In this document: piece after piece, positions 49,601 through 61,100 of the stretch
Layout of the letters: the number at the start of each line of letters is the position of its first letter
Numbering within the stretch: the stretch's first letter is position 1
Assembly (NCBI GenBank): GCA_002633005.1
Contig: NMRA01000098.1
Location: forward strand, 701,186-765,185
Direction of reading: 5' to 3'
Source: Phoronis australis
Lineage: Eukaryota > Animalia > Phoronida
Length of the DNA: 64,000 nucleotides
The notes under the pieces: model-generated
Databases searched by the model: none
Seen by the model: the letters and a program-made list of their open reading frames with translations, nothing else
What the model was told of the DNA's origin: nothing
Position numbers and translations under genes: made by a program

Positions 49601-51777
49601 GACCAAATAAAACAGGCCATGGAGAGCATTGGATCTATTTCGCTAGACTAAACAGAGATTTACTACAAAATTCATGACTGGTTGTAAGTCTCTTTTAACA
49701 CACCGTATACAGAACATCGTAAAGTAACAATATAATAGTGAAACCGGAGCCTGAAGATTAAAAATAATAATCATAACAATAACAATGCAAGGAGTTAATA
49801 ATGCTGTTAGAATGTGATGAATCATAGCTCACAGTCCCATGCTAATTTAGCACATTACTGGATCACAATGTTTTGAACATTCTGCAGAAAACTCAACACG
49901 TTGCATGGTGTCTTCTCATAGTAGTTTGACTTACAGGAAGTGTTGGTTTAGGTCTGGGTTCTTGCTCAAGATTATCTTTGACAGCAGCTGCAGTTGCCCT
50001 GCCACGCCTCGGAATGATTCGTGATGACCTGCAAAGTTAGGACAACATCAGTCAAGTTAGGATTGATAAGTCTTCCTAAATACCAGATGAACAAGAATAA
50101 CTTAATTTTTTTAGCACGTGACTATATGAATCATGCTGGAAGGATTGGAATTTTTGTGCTTTGACTGCGAAGTTGTTGCGAACTTGCTCTAGCAGGACAC
50201 TGTAAATGCTAGCCTTGGTACAAAGCTGTATATAAATATACAGCTTAGCACCGATATAGGTAAAAAAGTGGTAAGATAAAATCTGACACAAAATTAGTGT
50301 CATTAAAAACTACAGTCTTTCTTAAGTCAACTAAATTATTTAACTGTGTTGGAAAACGTGGCGTTTTACCGTTATTCTGCTGCTAAAGTTGTGGAGCGAT
50401 CTTTAGCGACGGCTTTCGGCGCCATGAAATATTGCGTCACCTATTGGCCAGTTTTTTTTTTTCGCCGATTCTCTAATCAACTGTTCTTCTTTCATGAGGT
50501 TGCATACACGTCACAGTAAATTATCGGAACTGGTTTCACTTCATTATAGGTTTTTAGAATTTTAATACCGAAAAACCGAATTTCCGAAGAAATTTTGCTG
50601 GTGCCAATCTATCATCATCTCCCGAGAGATGTCGCAAAAACTTAAGAAATGACGTGTGCGCGTGACACGGGTGTATTGTTTTTAAAATGACGATATACTT
50701 TTCATTGTTAGAAAAGGCGGGGAGTTACGCATGAAAATGACGTTTATTGCACTGTTTTTCACTTAAACGGCTGTAACGGGCAAGGTGAGTGTTGGTTGAT
50801 TCCCAGAATTTGCATGCACCCCGTCCGGTCTTTAGCTCTACATGTTGATACAAGTTTCACGACGCAGAACTACCCTGGCTGCGTGCAATTTCGGTACCTA
50901 GCTGTATTTTGACGACAGTCTTCATACAGCTAGCTGGCTGGCTATGTAAATGCTATCAGAAGAAAGAACAATTCTTCTTGGTTTGTTGAACCCACGTTTT
51001 GTTTAAATTTATTGAGTTTTGTGTTTGATATGGATGGCTGAAGTGAAGCACCTGTGGAATTCCTAGTCCCGAGTGTCATACCGTATAGTATATCAGCGAC
51101 AATTCGAAGCTGACAACGTGTGTGGATTTAAAAATTGTGAAGCATAGTTCGCTGAAAAGTTTCAGGTGTATGAAGCTCCACCTCTACTGGGGCCAGCTAG
51201 AGATGGTGGTCACTGTCCATTTGTGCAGTGCAAAACGAACACAACTATTTTTGAGTAAACTTGCCTTGAGTTTACTTGGGTGTGTATAGTGAGTTCATCA
51301 CTAGTGTGAGCTCAAAAGCTCTCACCTGCAGCCAACCACCAGCTGGTTTTACAACAACTTCCTTTACATTAAATATACACAACAATCGGTGGGGCCCAGT
51401 CGGCCAGTGAACTTGGACCCCTGTGGCTGTGCATAGAGCTGGTAGGGTCATGTGTCGATAGTTCCCTTCGGGAGTAACAGATGAATCTACTAAATTCACT
51501 GCTTTTATATTTCGCATGCCATGTCATATGAAAATGAAAGTCAGCAGTTCCAAGGTTTCTAAAATTCGACTGATCTTTCATTCAAAAATTTATGTAACAA
51601 ACGTCAACGACGACGACGGTCGACGGACCTTGAACAGTGGTTCTAAGTAACATACAGAGAAGACATCTAGAAAATCACAGAATACAATATGATTATTAAT
51701 TACCTAAAGGCATTAGCTTCGAGTGAAGATCGCACAAACTGCTTTGCGTGAGAGAGAATCAAGTTTGAACGGCTCAT
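28599..51777 (-). CDS. ACADVL: Very-long-chain specific acyl-CoA dehydrogenase, mitochondrial (19 coding exons, 1926 nt, 641 aa)
   Basis: Exons 51777-51704, 50028-49935, 48662-48590, 46322-46258, 44029-43921, 43002-42908, 42221-42090, 41208-41095, 37099-37014, 36592-36498, 34811-34708, 34043-33939, 32854-32768, 32571-32407, 31412-31315, 30716-30647, 30374-30302, 30148-30000, 28736-28599. All introns are GT-AG and phases are consistent. Motifs: [50 protein letters not shown], catalytic IFEGTN, and the VLCAD-type C-terminal extension ending NPLGF*. The Arg/Ser-rich N-terminus looks like a mitochondrial presequence. Confidence 0.95.
29485..29905. repeat. Element built of degenerate CAGGGG(C)GACATTA(T/C)G subrepeats
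   Basis: About 8 degenerate copies between TGGTGT and ACACCA ends. Confidence 0.45.
30000..30148 (-). CDS. ACADVL: ACADVL coding exon 18
   Basis: (E)[49 protein letters not shown]; |gtgagt. Confidence 0.94.
30302..30374 (-). CDS. ACADVL: ACADVL coding exon 17
   Basis: [24 protein letters not shown]; |gtgggt. Confidence 0.9.
30647..30716 (-). CDS. ACADVL: ACADVL coding exon 16
   Basis: [23 protein letters not shown]; |gtatgt. Confidence 0.88.
31054..31205. mobile_element. MITE with CA..TG ends and 5-bp TSD
   Basis: TIR CATGGGCGGCGCA/TGCGCCGCCCATG; TSD AGTTT. Confidence 0.8.
31315..31412 (-). CDS. ACADVL: ACADVL coding exon 15
   Basis: [32 protein letters not shown](G); |gtgaga. Confidence 0.9.
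32407..32571 (-). CDS. ACADVL: ACADVL coding exon 14 (catalytic Glu)
   Basis: [55 protein letters not shown]. Confidence 0.96.
32768..32854 (-). CDS. ACADVL: ACADVL coding exon 13
   Basis: [29 protein letters not shown]; |gtgagt. Confidence 0.95.
33740..33851. repeat. Small foldback element or MITE
   Basis: Arms of about 43 bp (GGG.AAT..TCTGA.ATAACGTG.CCG.ATTTTGAGAACCAGTTT and its reverse complement). Confidence 0.7.
33939..34043 (-). CDS. ACADVL: ACADVL coding exon 12
   Basis: [35 protein letters not shown]; |gtgggt. Confidence 0.94.
34708..34811 (-). CDS. ACADVL: ACADVL coding exon 11
   Basis: (G)[34 protein letters not shown]; |gtaagt. Confidence 0.95.
36498..36592 (-). CDS. ACADVL: ACADVL coding exon 10
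   Basis: [31 protein letters not shown]; |gtgagt. Confidence 0.95.
37014..37099 (-). CDS. ACADVL: ACADVL coding exon 9
   Basis: [28 protein letters not shown](S); |gtaagc. Confidence 0.94.
39170..40492 (+). mobile_element. Helentron/DINE-1-like non-autonomous element with internal subrepeats of about 145 bp
   Basis: GACG/GACA microsatellite followed by a terminal hairpin CCACATAT-AA-ATATGTGG (40467-40484); repeated CCACTAGG.GGC.C units; homologous to 45590-46136 and, inverted, to 57987-59520. Confidence 0.6.
41095..41208 (-). CDS. ACADVL: ACADVL coding exon 8
   Basis: [38 protein letters not shown]; |gtaaga. Confidence 0.95.
42090..42221 (-). CDS. ACADVL: ACADVL coding exon 7
   Basis: [44 protein letters not shown]; |gtaagt. 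Confidence 0.95.
42908..43002 (-). CDS. ACADVL: ACADVL coding exon 6
   Basis: (H)[31 protein letters not shown]. Confidence 0.94.
43921..44029 (-). CDS. ACADVL: ACADVL coding exon 5
   Basis: [36 protein letters not shown]; |gtgagt. Confidence 0.93.
44373..45192. mobile_element. PIF/Harbinger-like MITE, copy 1 (820 bp), nested in a Kolobok-like remnant
   Basis: TIR GGGCTGTTCCAG.AAAATC.GT.TGGG; TSD TTA/CTA; roughly 90% identical to 47494-48332. Confidence 0.82.
45590..46136 (+). mobile_element. Shorter diverged copy of the same Helentron/DINE-like family
   Basis: AATTGCCAC.AG.GG units; end GACGCCAAATGCCCA..CACAGATGAAGGCAAT followed by a hairpin. Confidence 0.5.
46258..46322 (-). CDS. ACADVL: ACADVL coding exon 4
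   Basis: (A)[21 protein letters not shown]; |gtgaga. Confidence 0.9.
47494..48332. mobile_element. PIF/Harbinger-like MITE, copy 2 (839 bp)
   Basis: Same TIR as copy 1; exact TAA/TAA TSD. Confidence 0.85.
48590..48662 (-). CDS. ACADVL: ACADVL coding exon 3
   Basis: [24 protein letters not shown]; |gtgagt. Confidence 0.92.
49935..50028 (-). CDS. ACADVL: ACADVL coding exon 2
   Basis: tttgcag|; [31 protein letters not shown]; |gtaagt. Confidence 0.8.
50355..50945. repeat. Second copy of the dispersed repeat, in ACADVL intron 1
   Basis: Reverse-complement homology to 5648-5845 and 7070-7225. Confidence 0.7.
51704..51777 (-). CDS. ACADVL: ACADVL coding exon 1
   Basis: [24 protein letters not shown](R); donor AG|gtaatt; phase 2 fits exon 2. 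Confidence 0.8.
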
Positions 51778-52066
51778 CTTGAAGTGTGAGAAGTGGCCGT
51801 AAAGTGACCCGTCTTGGTCTTGTGAGGACGACGACCTGCGCAGTGCTTACTTCCGGGTTACGATAAGGAATGGTTATTGTTATAAAAATGATTTGCAACT
51901 TATTGTACAACATATTGTTTATGGACAAAATTTAACAATTATAAAGTAATAATATGTCGTATTCCTATTTATTACACCGGTTAATGTATCATATTCAAAA
52001 TTTTGTAAAAAATATGAACTCCATAAAAATTGAAATGTCTAAATGCTCCCTGCAGAGGGAACAAGT
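51778..52066. promoter_or_regulatory. Putative bidirectional promoter shared by ACADVL and MED11
   Basis: 289 bp between the divergent ATGs; ETS/GABP-type site ACTTCCGG at 51849-51856; acceptor-like ccctgcag| at 52055 just before the MED11 ATG. Confidence 0.65.
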
Positions 52067-52142
52067 ATGGCCGCGCGCATTGACCGCTTGCAGGATTTGG
52101 AGAGGATAGAAAGAGAAATTGCGTCCGCCCTACAATCTGCAG
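52067..52142 (+). CDS. MED11: MED11 coding exon 1
   Basis: MAARIDRLQDLERIEREIASALQSA(G); CAG|gtggtt. Confidence 0.88.
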
Positions 52143-55100
52143 GTGGTTTGCCAGTCTGATTAATTGTGCTTCAAGAGTCCGGTAATTTTTTACAATATGA
52201 TTACATAGACCTACACACATGATTTTTGTATCGTTCGATTTCTCGCACCGTTATCTTTCCAATGAATATTATAATGGGGAACCCAATGGTCGTCCGCCTA
52301 AGCATAAAACCGACTTGCTGTTGTACTCACCGAATTATTCCACTTCAAAGTTATGATCTGAATAGGATTCGATTTAACTCTCACAGATATACCGCATTCA
52401 TCGATTCGGAAGTTTTCTTTAATTTGTGCCGAGTTATTTCAAATGTGCACTGCCTTCGGCAGCCATTTTATTGTGACACCTAAGGTCGTCATATGCTGCC
52501 CCCTTTTGTAAAAACTGAGAAACATGCAGAAAAAGGCCAACGAAGTAATGAAAATTGCAACAGCCTGTTTTTATTGACATAAACTCGATTTGAAGCTTTG
52601 ATGTTGAGCTCTGCACTGTGGTTTCCAATAAAAGCCAATTGGACAACATTTCAATGCAGTTTAATGGTGAATGCGTGAGGCAAAAATGTTAAGAACCCAG
52701 CGTATCGCATTTGTCTGCGGATTTTTCCTTTGGCCTTCTAGATCCTACTAGTGCCTGGGAAAAACAGATACATTGCATAAACAAACCCTGGATCATGTTT
52801 TGTGTCCCGTCGGAAGAAAATTTAAATTCGAAAACATCTTCTGAAAACGCACAAAAAAGTGTATTAGTAAAATCTACTGATTTTTAAGTGGTTTTAAAAA
52901 ACAATCGGTAAACTCACCGATTTTTGTCTCATTACTTTGATACGTGTCTCTTCCGATAAGTTAGTACCTAACGTGCACACGAGCACTCCAAATTGGAACG
53001 CTAAGTCCCGCGTGGTTGCGCTGCACGCGAAACAAGATGGCGGACGACCTTTGGAGCCTGACGACAATAGGTAACCGGACTATATATCCCCTACCGTAGG
53101 GGCCCTACCCGCCCTACCGCGTTTCCACCGTATTTTATCGTCGAATTTCGGTTCGCACTATTTCCCGGTTGACACCGCCATGTTAGCTCAACTCAAGATT
53201 ACAACGACACTTATTAATGAATGAAACAGCATCATTGATTCTGAATGGTCATTGCCTGCGCAAGGTCCCGCTAAAGTTTTCCTGACATATGGAGGAACAA
53301 GTAGCAGCAGTTCACCTTTTCCAATTTTTTATGATTGTGACCATTTGACTGTTTTTCCACGAAATTGTGTGAAGTGATACCCTGTTCACCAATTTGGACC
53401 TCAAAAACAACCTCCACTTGTTTCGCGGATTCTTGCTAGCAGATGCGTACCAGGGTCACCATAGCATAGGATCGAATTCAAACCATTGGGACCGTAACTC
53501 GGGCAGGGGATAGACTGGTCTCGATCAATTTGACCTATTAAAAGAGATCAACGATCTCCAGAATTCGGTAGATTAGTTCAGGTGACTCCTTCCATTCAAC
53601 ATGGCGGTATTATACTACTGCGAACCGGGAAATAGTATGAGCAGAAATTTCATGATAAAATACTAAGGGAACGGGGTAGGAAAAATTTCTGTGTAGTTTT
53701 TTAAAGATAACGATACAAGGAATCGAACAATACCAAAATCATATGTGTAGGTCAATGTCTTCATATTGTAATCAATTAGCAAGAGCCCTTGCCAAATTTT
53801 GCTGGTGTCTAAGTGTAGCGTTTATCTCTTAGTTCTGAAAAAGATGTTAAATTTAATTTCAAATTTGAAATTTATGTACAACACAGATAATCAGAAATAC
53901 AGTCGCTGGTTTGATCCCCGGGTTGAGTTACAGGCAATTACATCGCCCTGAATCTCGCAGGCATACAGGGGCGATAGTGCATCCCCATAAAACAGGGCTC
54001 GACATAACGAGCTGCAGGTCGCATTTGCCACCTCAAATTTGGAAATGCGAGCTGAGATTTTGGCCAGCTCCTATCAAGTCGCAAAATGCAACCTGGAATT
54101 TTCTGCGTATATGAGCTGATACCATGACAAATAAAAAGCAACTTGTTTGAATCTGACGGTTATTTGGTTGTTGCCAAATGCCAAATCAAGTTCAAAAGAA
54201 CACTAACAGAGAACAGCCCTGACCTAATGACTTGTAAACATGTCGCCTGAACATGGGATAATGCAGAATCGACCTTTGACGCATTTCATTGGCTAATATT
54301 TTCTGCTTTTTTGCAAATTTCCTTATGCACTGAAAAATGTTTCGGACCACGGGAAAACACGTGATCAAACGCACAAAGCCACGGTGTTTCTACTAATTCT
54401 TAAACGATCAACTTACCTAACTGAGTAGTGTAAAAATATTTATTTTTCATGTTATTCATCTCGAAATTCAGCGAATAAAATTGAATGAAACATACATATA
54501 TGCACATGGAGTTATAATTAACACATGCCATGACTCTGGATACAATTTAGTCAACATAACTTCAACATAACCATGAAAATCTGTCACAGTTTGCTCGAGC
54601 TTCCAGGGATATACCCAGGTTTCAAAACCCTGTTCGCCAGCTGGGCGAGTGAGCCAGAAAATCCACTTGTCCAGCCCGAAGTTCAGTCGCTGGGCTGTTT
54701 CCGTCTGTCGCTACAAATTTGCTGCCAGTGTCAATAAAGATCATCATTTCTTGCCTTGATGTAACCATCTATTAGGGCTACCGTATTTGCCCTAATAAGT
54801 GCCCAGGGTGCTTAGAAAAATTCAGTTTCGGAAGGGGGGCGCTTGTAGCCGGAGGCATTTGAAACCCACTCTCCGAAATGGGTGAAATCGGAAGCTGGGA
54901 TTCATCAAATTTACGAGCTGTGACGTATGTGTAACCTATGACAGACTTTCTACAAAACTATAGTGCATTGCTCTTCAAACTTTTTTGTTAAATTGCGACC
55001 TTTTTTTAAAATCCCAGGGCAAAAACTTGCTGACTGATGCGTCGCTGCCTTGCGATTGTCGATAGGGCAACTTGAATTCTTGAGTAAAAATGTACAGTTT

Positions 55101-58100
55101 CGACTCAACAAATTACCTGAAATCCTCCTTCAGTTTTCCAATTAGATTCCCTAAGATTTTTAAGTTCCTGTGGAGTCAGGATTAACCACAGATTAAGTCC
55201 AAATCTGCGCTAGATCGCACCCCGCAACACGAGAAAAATCTGGATGAACACACGTTGTTGTCACTTGACGTTTGTTTTGAAGTTATTCTGCAGGTGTGCG
55301 GCGAGTGAGCAAGCATGTGCGTGTCATCAGAGTTCATTTGCCACAGCAGCAGGTGTATGTATATGTGGGCCCTACCGCAAGCTTCTTGGCCACATGCTCA
55401 TTAACACTGGTCAAGTTTCGATTCGCGTTTTTTACGTGTACAAAATAATCTGGATTCCTGTTGAGGGAGAAGATCTGTACGGGAAAGATACAATACAATC
55501 CCATTGACAAGCGCTGCTTCTGTTCAGAAAGGCCTGACCGTAGTGGGACACGTTCCTTGCAAGATCAGCAAAACTTTTGCGTTCTTTTTGAAACACTGCG
55601 GAAGTTTGAAGTGTACAGCCACGGCTAAATACCGATATAGTGGCGAGGCTCGTAGCCTAGAATTCCGCACACAATGATTTTTCAGAACTGTCGGATGTTA
55701 TTGAAAAATTGAAGACACTACTGTAGAATTTTAGAACTGTAGGTAAGGCATTTTTCGCTTATGTACACATTCATGGACTGGGCGCTTATTTTAGCGAAGT
55801 GGAGGGTGCTTAAAGGGGCATAAGCGCTTATTAGGACGAATGTTATTATTTATAAAATAATTTTGTCTATAGTGACATTGTACATTACAATGAGAAATTG
55901 CTTCCAAGAAATATGGTATTTCACTTTTTGATGAGCACATGGACTGGTCTTCCGACCTTCCCCCCTTTTCTTTGTTTCTTACTAGTCCACAAATTCCTTT
56001 GTGCACAACCACACACTGTAATCTTTTGTCTAGACAAATCGCGTACCGGGTGACATCTATTGAATTTGAAGGATCGCACTTTGACGATGCTTTTTACTGC
56101 CGAGCATCGACACGTTGACCAAAGTGAACTAGTTAAGTGTCTATTTACTGAAAGAAAAAAGATCAGGGAATATAAAAATATATTTCATATTTATGTGTCA
56201 TTATTATTATTACAATTGACTCCTTTTTAAAGTCAGAATTTCATGTTTAAGAAAGGTACATTTATAGCAAAATAACCCCTCCGTCGATTTTAACAAAACC
56301 TTTTTTTAAATGAAAACTTCACCAGATACCTCAAAAACGCTGTTGGGAATTTCCGATTAACATTTTCGTTTGACTTCTATGACAAATCAACTTGCAAAAC
56401 ATAAGGTGTTTTTGTATGAAATAGAAGTCGTGTTCGTCTTTGTTACATTACGCAAAAACTGAGCCTTTATATTGAGAATCAAACACAATTATTGTTTTTG
56501 AGAATGGTGAAAAAATATTAAGTTTGGAAAGTTTCAGCGAAATCCACCAAATCGTTTTTAAAAACTCGTGTTCCTAAGTTCAGATTAAGTGGATTTGCCG
56601 AAGCCAATAAAAAAACGATTATGTGGCGTGAAAATCTCAAGGACTTTGTTTAATTATTCGGTGAAAACTTGTTTTTGGTCAATATAACCTACCAGTATAC
56701 CTCTTAGCCATGTTCACTATTTCAACATTCATGTGCAATGTAATCTGAATTTGCAGTGTGTAATTAACTTAATTATCACAAAACTGTTGTATCAGCTACG
56801 TCAATTCTCAATGCGTCGAATCCAACTAGGTCATGATGGCGGAGCCAATGTAGATCAAGCTGGTGCATTGTGGTCCACTTCAAAGTAGGTCAACAGTTCA
56901 TTCTTAGACACCACGCGCTTGGAGACTGATATGAAAACCAAGTACAAAATGGATACAGAAATCGGGTTGGCGGTTAAACCAGATTGTGAGCATGTGATCG
57001 AAACAGCAAAATGTCAAATTATCCAACTTAAGGAGTTTGTATGAGTTTCTATCTCTTCACAACATGCTGTATTCTTCAACACAACGTCACATAGTTGTGT
57101 GGCGAACCTTAGCATTTGCTCTCAACAGTTGTATGTATGCAGACAAATAACTCTCTCAGGATCAAAGCTACGTTTTGTTTTCGTTTTCAGCGGCATCTTT
57201 CTATCATATGTACACGTCGTTGACACAATAATATGTAGATTTGGTGAATCAAAGGACTGAGGGTACATACACAGCTGCTCTGTGCCTGGTGGTAAATTTG
57301 ATTTAATGACAGCCTCGTAATCTTAGAAGTTGTAAACAAATTTCCATGCGGTTGTGCGATTCCAAGGTGGTTCTGCCAAATCTTTTTTCTCGCTGCACGG
57401 TATATATTTCGTGTTTAAAGTTCCTTGAGAATGAAGACATAAAGGTATTTTGCTAGACATAAAATTCCTATTTACATTTGATACCTCCACCAACTCCACA
57501 GACTACATATAGTGATTTGTCCAGTTAATTGCTCAATATATGAGACTTAAACTTGTTTCATTTCGGCCATTATTTCCCTTATGCAGAGGAAGATTTTGAA
57601 GAATCATCACCCTTGGGCATTTAACCATCCAAGTCACTCAAGGGGTCTACATGCATGAAATGACAGCCTCGCCATGTATTTACTGTTTACTTATAGGTCA
57701 AGCAGTGCAGGAGTTGTCCAAAGACAAAGCCAGTGTCCGACAAGCTGACTCCCATGCCCAGAACTTCATCAAGACCCTGAAGGAAGTGGAGAGTGGACTG
57801 TCGAAACAGATTGATTATTTAACTCAAGTCTCCACAGGTATTTACAATTGTTGGCTGCCTGTCTAAGATATATGTTGCTTAAAATGTAGTGGTGTTACTT
57901 AACTTGATACTTCTTGCTTGCAAAATTTTTTACTCAAGGATCGACAGAACGTTCTGGACTCTTCCCTATACTATAATGTAAATCTCATTTTGTGTGCCCA
58001 CGTATTTATAGGCAAGTGCACATTCCTGATATCTCTGTCTGGGCGTCTGGGCATCTGGCGTCCGCTGCTGTATCTCCTAAACCCTCGCAGGATCTTACTG

Positions 58101-61100
58101 AGATTTTGCAGGTTCCTATGAAGCTGGCGACGAATGACTACAACTTTCGGACTGATCCGACTACCAATTTGTCCCCTAGTGGCAATTTCATTTTTTTATG
58201 GTTGCCTCTTTATGGTTGCCTCTAGATTTTCATAAAATTGGCTAATACGTTTCTATTATGAATGCGACAACATTTTTACATTTTTGGTTGTTTTTGATAA
58301 TTCTGTGCCACCTGTAGCTGTTTTTTAGAATTTTAGAGTCGGTTTTTGGCGTCCACCTTTCTGTCTGCTAAACCGCTTGAGAGATCATGATGAAAATTAT
58401 CAGGTGTGTTTCTGATGAAGAGACGGCAGTTGACGTTGATTTTCTGGTGCCCACTAGTAGAAATTTTATTTCATTTTGCATCCACATTGTATCTCTTTAA
58501 CCACTTGCTGGAACTTTATGAAGTTTGGCAGATGTGTTTCTATGGAGTTGACTACAAATTATAAGGAGTTTCAGTCCAATCCAACACTTGATGTGCCTCC
58601 TAGTGGCAATTTTATTTTTTTACGTTTTCCTGTGTATCTTCGGAGTTCTTTGATGGATTTTCTTAAAACTTGGCAAATAGGTTTCCATTAAGGTAACGAC
58701 AATGCCGTTTCATTTGTGGACAGATTTTACATATTGTGCACCTATAGTGGGGATTAACAGTTTCAAGTCCATTTTTGGTGTCTGCCTCTCTATCTGCAAA
58801 ACAACTTGGAGGATCGTGTGAAAATTGGCAGATGACTGACGCTGATATTCGGATGGGGTTTTCTACTAAGGTGCCCCTTTGTGGCATTCTTTCGTCTATG
58901 GCTGTGTCTGCTTATCCTTTTGTAGGTTCTTTATGAAATTGGCAGAAATGTTCCTATGGAGCTGACAACAGTTTATGACCAATTTGAGACTCATTGACTG
59001 TGCCCCTTAGTGGCACTTTTAGTTGTTTACGTTTGCCTCTGTATTTTTGGAGTTAATCGATCAATTTTCGTGAAATTTGGCGTATAGCTTTCTATTTAGG
59101 AAATGCCAATAGTTTTTCATTTTCGTATGGATTAGATGTATTTTTAAGCCTCCTAGTGGCTTTTTTGAGTTTTCTGTTCCTGATAAGACATTGATTTGTA
59201 GATGGATGTGACAACTGCGATGCCTCCTGGTGGCGATTTTTATCCTTCTCGGCTGTACCTCCTTACTGCTTTGAAAGTCTGAGAACTTTGTGAAATTTTA
59301 CAAGAATTAGTTTCATATTATAAATTTTGCTATGGCAACCTACGACTGTTGGACCATTCTGATTACTGCTGTTCCCTCTAGTGGCAATTTTAACTGTTTC
59401 GCTTACATCAGTATCTTCAAAGTTCTTTGACAGTTTTTATTGAAATATGGCAAATAAGTTTCTGTTATGATGGCGATAGCATCTATCCATTGTGGGGTGG
59501 ATTTGGCGCATTCTGTGCCTCCTATTGTCCATTTTTGACACTAATAAACACCACTAGAAGCACACTGTCTGCTTTGCTGTTCATTTCAATGCTCTGCGTT
59601 GCTCTTGTGTAGATACTTGGCAAAATGTTTTGCTGCCCGTCTTATACCTGAAATGCATGTAGCATTATATCATTAAAGAAAAGTTCATGTCGAATGTCAT
59701 GGACCAGAAATGCAACTAGATCGTTCTAAGTTGCAACAAAAATCTAGAAGGATTCTTGATGAAAAATAAGTCTTATGCAGGTCTAAATTTGAAGAATAAT
59801 AGGAAACTTTTGTTTTGAAATTCCATTGATTATTAACAAAAAGAGAACTATTGTGTGAACCCATGGTTTGTATATTCTTGAAAATCTCTTGAATTTAGAG
59901 CCTTGGTCTTGAATTTAATTCTGACTGTGAAAAGTACTTGAATTTCAGCTTGTAAGCTAGAAATATTTGAAAGACCTAAATATTCATTTACTAGGTATTT
60001 GTACCCTGTTTTAATTTTTAAGTGCTGCAAAGGCATGTTTAGAGAATTTTGAGCAACTGCGTTTTTCATGATCAAGTGTATATTCACCATGTAAAACATT
60101 TTTTGAAGCCAGGGCTCGACGCTATTAATATCGCCAGGTCGCATTTTGCGACCTAGCCAAAATCCCAGGTCGCATTTTCAAAATCCAGCTCGCATTCGTA
60201 AATGCCAGGTCGCAAAATTTTCCCGCCATTTTTTCGCACCAAAATAGATTTTTTAGATCATCGAGAAAATGTTAAGATTATGCTCTTACCAGCAGCGTTA
60301 AATACTCACAAATTTCGAATCTCAAAATTGACTTCATTCATGCAGGTACGTCCTTACTGTTCTTCACGACCGCCATTGAAAGACTCTAGAGCGCAAGGCA
60401 AGTTGCCGACGTGAAAGTTGAATCAGTGCTCTCTAACTAACTTGTGCATTCGAGTAGCTAAATTTGCGATGTGAATGGGGAGAAAATGCCCGTTGAAAAA
60501 GTATCCGAGATTTTGTTAGATCTGGCCTGCTATTGGCCGTCATCAAAGTCGTTAACAATTTAAACTAACTCGGTGTGCAAATTCCCTCCACTTTTTCTTC
60601 GCAGCCCAAATTTTGCAATTTAACTCGACGTTTGAAAAACATCTATCGAAAAAAATCCGTGAAACGATGCCCTAACCGAATGACTTATTTGTATGCGCGG
60701 GAACAATTCAGTGCAAATTTCACAACAAAATGTGGTACTTATGCTGTTTACGTACTCAACAATTAATTTTCCATGAATTGAATAGCCTCGAAATAATTCC
60801 CGACTCCCTCCGTGCGGGTTTCCAACGCGTAATGGCGAGTTTGCTCCTCAATACCTTCCAAGTACGGGAAAAATAGGTCAGTCACAAAACGACACGCATG
60901 TCACTAGTGTTAACTTTCTTTCCGAGGTGTAAAACAAAGCCGGGATTTGGTTTTTACATATTGTGAAAAGACGTTTTTGAAAACTGAAGTTGTGTAAAAT
61001 GAAAGTGACACACTGCGTGTCAATTTTAAACCACATGCGGTCGTTTGTAGTGCGCTATGATGGGCGCTAGCTTGAACTGTGGGCGCTTAATTGGAAATTC

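Noticed and set aside
51272-51517. 81-aa minus-strand ORF with a CAG|gtgag donor in ACADVL intron 1
   Set aside because: No recognisable homology, and exons 1 and 2 already join in frame; an alternative exon cannot be supported from sequence alone
28599-51777. ACAD9 instead of ACADVL
   Set aside because: The C-terminal [17 protein letters not shown] and NDPAKND motifs fit VLCAD better; a phylogeny would settle it
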